Shown here piece by piece: positions 26,579 to 34,043 of a stretch of DNA of 34,043 nucleotides (positions within the stretch are counted from its first letter, which is position 1; every line of letters begins with the position of its first letter). Source of the DNA: Methanobacteriota archaeon (GTDB taxonomy: Archaea; Thermoplasmatota; Thermoplasmata; RBG-16-68-12; EA-27). The position numbers were made by a program, and so were the translations under genes. The DNA lies in contig VBMQ01000001.1 of assembly GCA_005878375.1 (NCBI GenBank), positions 1 through 34,043 of the forward strand, written 5' to 3'. Under the pieces are notes generated by a model. That model made no database searches and was not told where the DNA came from. It saw only the letters and a list, made by a program, of their open reading frames with translations.

Positions 26579-27109
26579 ATGGCGAAGAAGTTCGACCCGC
26601 GCCGGATCGGGGTCTCCGTCCCTCGCAAGGCGCCGATCCAGCTCCACCCGTTCACGAAGTTCTTCAAGGGGTTCGAGCGCGTCGAGGCGGTCCGTCGGAC
26701 GTTCGGCCCCAACACGAGGCGCGTACTTGACACGGTGAAGGTCGAGTTCTTCTCGTCCCGCTTCGGGTACATGGGCGTCTCCGACGAGGACGGCCACCTG
26801 ATCGTGTCCGAATACTACCTCCGGACCGGGAACCCGCGGGACATCTACCTCGACGTCGTGCACGAGCTCGTCCATGTCAAGCAGCACCGGGACGGGCGAC
26901 CGCTGTTCCACTCGCGGTGGGAATATCAGGACCGCCCGACGGAGGTCGAGGCGTACAAGGTGTGCACGGACGAGGGTCGGCGCCTCGGGATGACGGACCG
27001 GGAGCTGATCAAGTACCTCAAGGTCCCGTGGCTCGACGACGGGGAGTTCCGACGGTTGGCGAAGAACCTCGGGATCGTCGTCCCCAAGCCGCGGAAGAAG
27101 AAGCGGTGA
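26579..27109 (+). CDS. soluble HExxH zinc-metallopeptidase-like protein (HELVHVKQ motif, DUF4157-like)
   Basis: ATG at 26579 (the listed ORF starts at TTG 26552). HELVH is at 26861-26875, EVEAY lies downstream, and the tail KPRKKKR is basic. Confidence 0.6.
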   Translation: MAKKFDPRRIGVSVPRKAPIQLHPFTKFFKGFERVEAVRRTFGPNTRRVLDTVKVEFFSSRFGYMGVSDEDGHLIVSEYYLRTGNPRDIYLDVVHELVHVKQHRDGRPLFHSRWEYQDRPTEVEAYKVCTDEGRRLGMTDRELIKYLKVPWLDDGEFRRLAKNLGIVVPKPRKKKR

Positions 27110-27148
27110 GGCCAACAAGGCCATAAGCCCGGCTCCCATCGTCGCGGC

Positions 27149-28609
27149 GTGAAGGCGCTCCGCGATCCTCGGGAGCCGGCGGCGTTCTCCCTCGTCGTCC
27201 TCATCGGGTTCGTCGTCGCGAAGTTCATCGCCGTGGCCGTGCACGAGGTGATGGGCCACGGGGTGTTCACGGACGCCCTTGGGGGCGTGTTCTACGGCGT
27301 CTACATCTCGCCTGGGTCCGGGTTCACGCTCCTGTTCCTCCCGGCCACGACCCCGCCCATCGCGTCCGTCCTCGTCGACTTGGCGGGGATCACCGTCGAC
27401 CTCCTGCTCGGCGTCGCGGTCTTCGTGGCGTACCCGCGCGTCCGGTCGTTCGTCGGTCGCCTGTTCGCCCTCTTGCTCCTTCAATCGTTGTTCGTGTACT
27501 CCCTGGCCTACCTCGCGCTGGGCACGATCGAGAGCACGGGCGGCGACTCGTATCAGGCGGTCCAGGACCTCGGGGCGCCGTTCCTCACCTACGCGTTTCT
27601 CGCGGTCGGGATCCTGTGGGCCCTCGGGTCTGCGTACGTGATCAGCCGCGAGCTCGTCGTGCTAACTTCCGCTGATGCGCGGTTCGCCCGCCAACTCACC
27701 TACCTCGGGCTCTTCTGGTTCGTCCCGCTCGCGTCCGGCTACGTCCCCGCCATAGCCTTCGGCCCGGGTTCCGCGATCCTGTACTTCCTCCTCTTCGCTG
27801 CGGTCGGTGCGATCGCTTTCGCGGCGGGTTGGCTCCTCGCCCCGCGCATTCCCGACGCGGGTGCGTCGCCAAAAGCCCGCGCATTGGGTCGCGTGATCCC
27901 CCTCGCCGTGGCGTTCGCTGTTGTGCTTCCGATTTGGCTTGGGGGGTTCGGGCTGTCAGATTCGGCGGCTCACGGGATTCTCGTCCGAGAGGCGCCGCTT
28001 GAAGCGGAAGGAACCCTCTCCGATTCCCAGGTCATCAACGTCGAGGTGGACCTCGCGGCCGACGGAAACGTCACGCTTGAGTTCCGGATGCGTGGCGTGC
28101 CACCCGCGACGTCGCCCCTCGAGGACGCGGTGTGGAATTCCTTCAACGATCGCGCGGACTTCCCGTCCTGGATTGCCCAGTCGCGCTGCTATGCACGATG
28201 GATGTTCAACGTGACAGCGTGGGACGCACGGTCGGCGTCGATTGACGCGAACGGCACGATTTGGTCCGGCGCTGCGACGGTCGGTCAGCCGCGCGTCGTT
28301 CGAATGGGCGTGTCGAACCCCGTGGACGAGGCGAACTTGACGACGGTAAGCGTCAACGGGACTCGGGCGTTCCTCACGATCGCCCCAATCGACTCCTTGC
28401 GGTACTACCCGACCGCGCCGTGCGGCCTCGGGTTCTTCGACGAGATGAACCTGACGTGGGCTTCGTCCCGGTTTCGATTATCGTCCCTGCAGACGCAAGG
28501 CGGGGCGCCGGCATCCCCTCTCATCGGAGGAAACTTCGTTCGGTTCCGGAACCCAGGTCCGGCCGAAGATGCGCCGACGAAGTACCGCCTCGTGCTCGAA
28601 GTCTTCTGA
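27149..28609 (+). CDS. membrane protein: N-terminal M50B-like intramembrane metallopeptidase domain plus large extracytoplasmic domain
   Basis: GTG at 27149 lies 25 nt from the CCATAAGCC box. HEVMGH (27242-27259) sits inside TM1 and is followed by GG..Y.VYISPGSGFT. There are ~7 TM helices, then a ~210-aa domain with five N-x-S/T sequons. Confidence 0.6.
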   Translation: MKALRDPREPAAFSLVVLIGFVVAKFIAVAVHEVMGHGVFTDALGGVFYGVYISPGSGFTLLFLPATTPPIASVLVDLAGITVDLLLGVAVFVAYPRVRSFVGRLFALLLLQSLFVYSLAYLALGTIESTGGDSYQAVQDLGAPFLTYAFLAVGILWALGSAYVISRELVVLTSADARFARQLTYLGLFWFVPLASGYVPAIAFGPGSAILYFLLFAAVGAIAFAAGWLLAPRIPDAGASPKARALGRVIPLAVAFAVVLPIWLGGFGLSDSAAHGILVREAPLEAEGTLSDSQVINVEVDLAADGNVTLEFRMRGVPPATSPLEDAVWNSFNDRADFPSWIAQSRCYARWMFNVTAWDARSASIDANGTIWSGAATVGQPRVVRMGVSNPVDEANLTTVSVNGTRAFLTIAPIDSLRYYPTAPCGLGFFDEMNLTWASSRFRLSSLQTQGGAPASPLIGGNFVRFRNPGPAEDAPTKYRLVLEVF

Positions 28610-29239
28610 TCACTGGTTGTACGTCTCGACGCGCTCGTAGTTCTTCTTGAGGTGCTTGATGAGGAGGTCGCGGTTCCGTCGGAGGTGGCTCTCGTACCAC
28701 GCCTTCACGACGTCGCCGAGAACCTTGTGCACCTCGTTCACGTCGAGCCGGTCCGCGGACGAGTCGAGGAGGGTGTGGATCGACCAGATGCGCTTCCAGC
28801 CCGAATACTTGTAGTAGTGCTCGCCCTCGCAATATTCGAACGAGATCTTGACGCGGGGGCGGCGGTCCGTGTCGTAATACGCGATCTTGAGCGCGTCGCC
28901 GATCCGATTCTGCTCCTGGGTCCGGTCGGTGAGCGTTACCGATTGCACGGACGCGGGGTTGAACCCCTCCCGCCACCGCCAGTCCCCGTCCGGGAACGTG
29001 TCCGGGAACACGGCCCACCGCTCGTAGCTCGGCTCCATCGCGAGGTGGACGTTCATCGCGTTGAACCGCTTCCAGATCTTCCATGCGTCTTCGATGAGCG
29101 TCTTGTTGAGGTCCGTCCGCTTGGACGCTTGTTGCCCGACATCCGATAGGATCTCGGCCGTCTTCCGCTGGAGCTCCGCGTCGAGCGTGTCGAACCAATC
29201 GGCCCCTTTGTCGGCTTTGGCCTTTGCCATGGCGACCAC
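28610..29239 (-). CDS. hypothetical W/Y/K-rich protein, no recognised family
   Basis: GTG at 29239 lies 26 nt from the TTAAATA box (29262-29268); an ATG alternative is at 29230. Its stop abuts the convergent stop, giving TGATCA at 28607-28612. Confidence 0.55.
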   Translation of the reverse strand: MVAMAKAKADKGADWFDTLDAELQRKTAEILSDVGQQASKRTDLNKTLIEDAWKIWKRFNAMNVHLAMEPSYERWAVFPDTFPDGDWRWREGFNPASVQSVTLTDRTQEQNRIGDALKIAYYDTDRRPRVKISFEYCEGEHYYKYSGWKRIWSIHTLLDSSADRLDVNEVHKVLGDVVKAWYESHLRRNRDLLIKHLKKNYERVETYNQ

Positions 29240-29305
29240 GGGCGCCGAATGGGATGTCCCGTTAAATAGGTTCCGAGACTCCGCCCCTATGGAGTGGCGG
29301 ACGGC

Positions 29306-31153
29306 TCATCGCGCCGCCAAACGCTTGCGCAATTTCTCGTTGAGGACGCGTCCATCGACCTTCCCGCGCAGGCGCTCCATCGCGACGCCCATGAGCGGAC
29401 CGAGCGCCGCCTCGCCCCGCTCCCGGATCATCGCCTCGTGCGCCGCGACGATCTCGTCGAGCACGGCATCGACGTCCGCGTCGCGCATCGTGCCCAGGCC
29501 CAGGGCGGTCACCGCCGCGGACGCATCCGTCGACTCCCGAACCATGTGGCGGAGGACCTGAGGGATCGCCTCCTTCGCGAAGGCGCCCCGGTGGTAGAGG
29601 CGGAAGAGCTCACGAAGTCGCTCGAGGGGGAGCGCATCGACGTCCAACCCTTCGCGCCGGATCTCCGAGAACTGGTACGTCAGCGCGTTGGCGGTGACTT
29701 GCGCTTCGCCGGTCTCCTTGACGATCGATTCGAATTCTCCGTCGAGCCCGTCCTCCAAGAGCTGCGTGGCCTGTTGACGGGGAATCGTGTACGCGGTGAC
29801 GATCCGCTTGAGGCGGGTCTCCGGCATCTCCGGAAGGATCGCCCGGAGCCGGTCGAGTCGTTCGCGGGTGACGCGAATCGGCGGCACGTCCGTCTCCGGA
29901 TACATGCGGGCCCGCCCGGGGAGCGGCCGCGAGTAGACCGTCGTCCCGTCTGGCCTCGGGTCGCGAGTCTCGGCGGTCACACCGGCCAAGGCGGCTCTCG
30001 CTCGTTCGACGACCTCTTCGAGCGCCTCTCGTCCGCGTGTCTCCGCGTCCGCGACGAGCGCAAACCCGTCGTGGCCCTCCACCGCCATCCGTTGCGCGAT
30101 CCTCTGCACTTCCTCCTCGGTGATGCCGTGGCCTGGCAGCTCATCGGAGTGAAGGATGCCGCCAACCCCGGCGACGCGCGCGTGCGCCGCGAGTTCGGGG
30201 CCGAGCTTGCCCCGGAGCAGGCCGCGGAACCCGGGGAGACGCACTCCTAAGACCGTCCCGCCCGCCGCGATCGCGTTGCGCAGGACGGAGGACTTCGCTT
30301 CGCGGACCAAGTCCGTCAAATCCACGATTCCGTCGTCGATGGCGGTGATCCCCCGCTTCCGTAACTCGTCCGTGCAGTCCGCGAGCGCGGTTTGGCGGCT
30401 CGCTTCCTTCTCGACGAACGTCGCCATCATCCGGAGGTCCTGCACGCCCTTCGTCTCCGTCCGCGCCCCCCGGGCGACACTCACGTTCACATCCTCGCGG
30501 ATTGTGCCGATGCCCCGCTTCACGCGGCGCGTCGCTCGGAGGAGGGAGCCGATGCGCAGCGCGACTTTGGCGGCATCGTCCGGCGATGTGATGTCCGGGG
30601 TCGTCGCGACCTCGATGAGGGGGACGCCCAGGCGGTCGAGGCGGTAGACGATGTCTCCGTCCCGTTCTTCGATCTTCCGCGCGGCATCTTCCTCGAGTAG
30701 GATCGTGGGGACTCCATATCGCTTGCCGTCGAGCTCGAACGATCCGTCGACCGCAACCAGGGCAGACCGTTGGAAGCCCGTCGTGTTCGACCCATCGATG
30801 ACGATCTTTCGCATGAAGTGGATTTCCTCCACGATCGTCGCGTTCAGCATCATCGCCGCCAAAAGCACTGTGTCGAGCGCGTCTTCATTGCAGGGATGCG
30901 GGGGTTCCTCGTCCGCCTCGACGAGGCACGCGTTCCCCGTCGCCTGATAGACGAAGGCGAGCTTTCGTTTCGCTTCTTCCATGACCGCAGCGTCGACCTC
31001 CCCGAGTTCGGATTGCGTCGGTCGGAGGCGTCGCCGAAATTCCGCGACCACGCCCTCCGAACGATCGGACGGGTCCTCGCAGAACAGCTTGTGGGTGTCG
31101 AGCTGCTGATGGATCTCGAGGCCGCACTTCAGGCCGAGGCTCGCGGGGTCCAT
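29306..31153 (-). CDS. gatE: Glu-tRNA(Gln) amidotransferase subunit E
   Basis: 615 aa, LKCGLEIHQQLDT.KLFC.., with GatB/E core and tail domains. Confidence 0.92.
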   Translation of the reverse strand: MDPASLGLKCGLEIHQQLDTHKLFCEDPSDRSEGVVAEFRRRLRPTQSELGEVDAAVMEEAKRKLAFVYQATGNACLVEADEEPPHPCNEDALDTVLLAAMMLNATIVEEIHFMRKIVIDGSNTTGFQRSALVAVDGSFELDGKRYGVPTILLEEDAARKIEERDGDIVYRLDRLGVPLIEVATTPDITSPDDAAKVALRIGSLLRATRRVKRGIGTIREDVNVSVARGARTETKGVQDLRMMATFVEKEASRQTALADCTDELRKRGITAIDDGIVDLTDLVREAKSSVLRNAIAAGGTVLGVRLPGFRGLLRGKLGPELAAHARVAGVGGILHSDELPGHGITEEEVQRIAQRMAVEGHDGFALVADAETRGREALEEVVERARAALAGVTAETRDPRPDGTTVYSRPLPGRARMYPETDVPPIRVTRERLDRLRAILPEMPETRLKRIVTAYTIPRQQATQLLEDGLDGEFESIVKETGEAQVTANALTYQFSEIRREGLDVDALPLERLRELFRLYHRGAFAKEAIPQVLRHMVRESTDASAAVTALGLGTMRDADVDAVLDEIVAAHEAMIRERGEAALGPLMGVAMERLRGKVDGRVLNEKLRKRLAAR

Positions 31154-31192
31154 CGCGCCGCCAGAACGTCCCCCGCCGGAAAAGGATGGCGC

Positions 31193-31657
31193 TCACTTCG
31201 GCGGGTGTCGGTACCACTTCTCCTTCGCGTATGGGGATTCGACGTCGCCCTCCTCGAACTTCACCCGGACGCCCTTCTCTTTGAGGAGCCACGAAAAGAG
31301 GCGCGCAGCCGCTCCGTACGGCACGTAGGCAATCGTGTACTTTCCGTCCTCCGTCTTGATGTCGACCCACACCTTGAGCCGCTTGTGGCGGACCCACGTG
31401 GTCTCCGCGAACGGCACGTCCTGGTACGTCTTCCATTGGGTCCCGTCCTTCGTGGCCCAGCCGTCGTCGAGCATCAGGATTCGTTTCGTCGTCAGGTACA
31501 CCCATCCGGTCGTCGCCGGGAGGACGACCTTTCGCATGAGGCCCCCGCGATAGACGGTGTACTCGAGCTGACGGAAACCGATGATCTTCTCTGTGGTGAT
31601 CGGGACGCTGCCCTCGTTGCAGATTTCGCCGAGCTTCCCCTCCGCGCGGAGCTTCAT
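31193..31657 (-). CDS. hypothetical protein, possibly PH/GRAM-like fold
   Basis: ATG at 31657 lies 26 nt from the TTTAAG box (31681-31686). GWVYLTTKRILMLDDG resembles bacterial PH/GRAM motifs. Confidence 0.5.
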   Translation of the reverse strand: MKLRAEGKLGEICNEGSVPITTEKIIGFRQLEYTVYRGGLMRKVVLPATTGWVYLTTKRILMLDDGWATKDGTQWKTYQDVPFAETTWVRHKRLKVWVDIKTEDGKYTIAYVPYGAAARLFSWLLKEKGVRVKFEEGDVESPYAKEKWYRHPPK

Positions 31658-31716
31658 TCGCCCCGCCAACGGAGTCGCGGTTTAAGCCTTCCCGCATCTC
31701 CACGGCCGGTCCATCC

Positions 31717-33021
31717 CTAGAAGACGTACTCGTCGAGCGTGATCGCCGGATTGATCTCCCCCGCCAAATTCGTGGCGAGGAGCTCCCGGATCTCGACCGG
31801 GTCCTTCGTCCGCGCGAGGACCCACATGAGCTTCACGAGCGCCACCTCCGGGAGCATGTCTTCCCCGGGAACCACGCCCGCCGCGAGCAGATCCCGACCC
31901 TTGTCATAGACCCGGAGGCCGACGCGGCCGTTGAGGCACTGCGTCGTCATGAGGACCGTGACGCCGTCGGCCGCCGTTTTCCGAATCACGGGCATGAGGT
32001 CGTCGCTCACGTGTCCCAATCCGGTCCCCGCGATCACGACCCCGTGACACCCGTGCGTGATCCCTTCGAACCGTTTCGGCGTGAGCCCCGGATGGAAGTA
32101 CACGAGGGCGACATCCGGGTCGAGGCCTTCTTCGACGCGGACCGGGCCTTTCGACCTCGGGGTCGCCGATTCTTCCCATGTGACGCGGCCATCCGCGTGA
32201 ACGGTTCCCAGGCGCTTTGCGTTGATCGGCTTGAACGCGTCTCGGCGGGAGGAGTGCATCTTCCGCACCTTCGTCGCGCGGAGGACGTCGCACGCGGTGT
32301 CGCCGGTCTCGTGGTGCATGCAGCTTACGACCTCACCGAGATTCTCGCCCGCCAATCGCGCGGCGCAAATCAGGTTGAACGCAGCGTCGCTGCTCGGCCG
32401 GTCGCTCGACCGTTGGCTCCCGACGAGGATCACAGGACCCGTGAGGTCGCGGAGCATGAACGCGAGCGCCGCGCTCGTGTAGTGGAGCGTATCGGTCCCG
32501 TGGGGGATGATCACCGCCTCCGCGCCGGCCTGCAGTTCCTTCGCGGCCTCCGCCGCCAGCACCTCCCAGTTCTTCGGTGCGAGGTTCTCGCTGTACACGC
32601 TGTAGATCATGCGCGCCCGGACGTTCGCGACGTCGAGCAGCTCCGGGACGGAGAACACGAGTTCCTCCGCGGTCGCCGCAGGGTGGACCGCCCCCGTCCG
32701 ATAGTCGACGAAGCTCGCGATCGTCCCGCCGGTGCCGAGGACCCCGATCGTCGGCTTTCCCGGGGTTGGCGGGGGGAGGCCGCGGGCTATGGCGGCCGCT
32801 CGTTTCTTCTCGCGCAATTCGATGGCGGTGATTTGCGCCACGGGGATCCCGACGTTGTACCCGTTGTCCAGCTTCACCACGAGGATGTCCGCGCCGCTGA
32901 ACTCCGTGTGCGGCATGACGACACCCTCGTACGCACGGGCTCCCGCGACTCGGACGCGGTCGCCCACGGACGCGCCGGCCGCCGCCAACGCGTCTTTGAC
33001 GCGCGCCGGATACTCGGCCAC
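31717..33021 (-). CDS. gatD: Glu-tRNA(Gln) amidotransferase subunit D (asparaginase-like)
   Basis: GTG start. GTGGTIASFVDYRTGAV and HGTDTLHYTSAAL. Confidence 0.92.
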   Translation of the reverse strand: MAEYPARVKDALAAAGASVGDRVRVAGARAYEGVVMPHTEFSGADILVVKLDNGYNVGIPVAQITAIELREKKRAAAIARGLPPPTPGKPTIGVLGTGGTIASFVDYRTGAVHPAATAEELVFSVPELLDVANVRARMIYSVYSENLAPKNWEVLAAEAAKELQAGAEAVIIPHGTDTLHYTSAALAFMLRDLTGPVILVGSQRSSDRPSSDAAFNLICAARLAGENLGEVVSCMHHETGDTACDVLRATKVRKMHSSRRDAFKPINAKRLGTVHADGRVTWEESATPRSKGPVRVEEGLDPDVALVYFHPGLTPKRFEGITHGCHGVVIAGTGLGHVSDDLMPVIRKTAADGVTVLMTTQCLNGRVGLRVYDKGRDLLAAGVVPGEDMLPEVALVKLMWVLARTKDPVEIRELLATNLAGEINPAITLDEYVF

Positions 33022-33029
33022 GCCGCCGG

Positions 33030-33332
33030 ATGGGCGAGAGGGACTTGACCCTTTCTCCGCGGCGAGCCATACTTATCTCCGCGTGCTTTGGCGGGGATGT
33101 GCGGACCGCGCGCGACGTCCTCAACGAACTCAAATGGCGGGAGGGGCAGGGACTCGCGGAGGCGCAGATTTGGGTCCGCGGTCGGACCGCCGACGACGTG
33201 AAGTCGATTCGTGGCGAGGAAGTCACCGACCTCGGTCGGCGATACTTCTCCACCGCCAGGGCGACGATTCCCTACTACAAGATCGTCCGGATTGAACATG
33301 CCGGCGTGCTCGTCTTCGAGCGCGCGGATTGA
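33030..33332 (+). CDS. DUF504 / MJ1316-like small protein
   Basis: ARDVLNELKW..IPYYKIVRIEHAGVLVFER. ATG 33030 is only 8 nt from the gatD start. The in-frame GTG at 33099 lies 24 nt from the CTTATCT box and is a more likely start. Confidence 0.6.
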   Translation: MGERDLTLSPRRAILISACFGGDVRTARDVLNELKWREGQGLAEAQIWVRGRTADDVKSIRGEEVTDLGRRYFSTARATIPYYKIVRIEHAGVLVFERAD

Positions 33333-33533
33333 AGCGCCGTCATTCCCGCCAACGAGAATGAACACAACGTAGTGCGGGCCGCGACGCAAGGTTCAAACCG
33401 TCCCCGGTCAGATGCGGGCGAACGGGGGCAGGTCACGTTCGAATGCTCGGGATGCGGCGGCCACTTCGGCCCCACGGAGCTGTGCGAGGACTGCGGCGTC
33501 TGCACCTCGTGCTGCGAACCGGGGGCGGACCGA

Positions 33534-34043
33534 CTAGGGCGTGGCGAGCTCGTAGACGATCCGGTCCGTCTCCTTTCCCTTGTTCCGTCGTTCCGTGATG
33601 TGGACGCGGCCGATTTCTGATGTGTTCTTCAGGTGCGTCCCGCCGCACGGACAGTAGTCGCGGTCCCCGGCGCGCACCGCGCGAAGGCGCATGATGTGCT
33701 TCGGGATGAGGTCGACGAGGGAACGGTCCCCGGTCTCGTTCTCGATCTTTACTCGGTCCTCCTCCGTGATTCGGACGGGAAGCGCCTCCGCCACCGCGCG
33801 ATTGCACTCGTCCTCGATCCGTTTCAGATCCGCAGGCGTGAAGCTCACAGGCTGGAAGTCGACCCGTGCGCGGTCCGCGTACAACTGGTTCCCAACCGTC
33901 CTGGCTCCATAGATGGACCACACGACGCCGGACATGAGGTGTTGGGACGTGTGGTACCGCATGTGGGCGTACCGCCGGTCCCAGTCGATGATCCCGTGAA
34001 CCGCGTCGTCCCCGGGCATGCGGTCCACGAAATGTCGGATGAC
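33534..34043 (-). CDS. alaX: alanyl-tRNA editing protein AlaX-type; 5' end lies outside the window
   Basis: HTSQH and CPCGGTH zinc/editing motifs. The frame is open to the window edge. Confidence 0.85.
   Translation of the reverse strand, partial: VIRHFVDRMPGDDAVHGIIDWDRRYAHMRYHTSQHLMSGVVWSIYGARTVGNQLYADRARVDFQPVSFTPADLKRIEDECNRAVAEALPVRITEEDRVKIENETGDRSLVDLIPKHIMRLRAVRAGDRDYCPCGGTHLKNTSEIGRVHITERRNKGKETDRIVYELATP

Noticed and set aside
28607-28612. TGATCA palindrome formed by abutting convergent stop codons, considered as a special site.
   Set aside because: It is a trivial consequence of TGA meeting TCA. It is noted only as evidence of zero intergenic spacing.
1-34043. Resemblance of (T)TTGGCGG to the eukaryotic E2F site TTTSGCGC.
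   Set aside because: This is probably coincidental. The motif occurs mostly inside coding regions at about 500-bp spacing rather than in promoters, and nothing in the window encodes an E2F/DP-like protein that I can recognise.
1-34043. CRISPR arrays, transposases/IS elements, integrases, toxin-antitoxin pairs and restriction-modification genes.
   Set aside because: No tandem direct repeats with spacers were seen. No DDE/tyrosine-recombinase or nuclease/methylase motifs appear in any credible ORF.

Overview
High-GC (about 65 %) archaeal chromosomal segment. It is archaeal because it carries GatD/GatE, an RPA plus RPA-associated-protein operon and a TrmB regulator, and its promoters are A/T-rich TATA-like boxes 24-32 nt upstream of start codons, which implies mostly leaderless mRNAs. 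About 40 densely packed genes are present, mostly on the minus strand.

Housekeeping genes: sucCD, ilvE, purC, gatD, gatE, the 3' part of alaX, rpa, two tandem type IA topoisomerases flanking ridA, a VIT1 transporter, an MBL hydrolase, a glyoxalase and a GST-like gene.

Accessory-looking blocks:
- an orphan contractile-injection-system tube protein next to a pair of KaiC-like ATPases;
- a Ras-like GTPase behind a 412-nt non-coding spacer;
- a TrmB regulator divergent from an unannotated 33-codon cysteine-rich ORF, which is followed by two HExxH metallopeptidase-like genes.

Main observations:
1. The heptamer TTGGCGG/CCGCCAA occurs about 70 times, roughly 9-fold over a composition-based expectation. 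It appears in both orientations, in all reading frames and in intergenic DNA, and it is maintained through otherwise rare A/T-ending codons. Three 1.6-2.6 kb gaps in the motif coincide with the accessory blocks.
2. The TrmB / Cys-rich smORF / metallopeptidase locus has a TACT-N10-AGTA operator-like palindrome.
3. Two core genes, the short topoisomerase paralogue and sucC, have 3'-proximal deletion-plus-frameshift lesions. In each case the homologous C-terminus is readable in another frame.

No rRNA, tRNA, CRISPR array or transposase was recognised. All motif counts and coordinates come from manual reading of the sequence. All family assignments are from memory of conserved motifs, not from searches.
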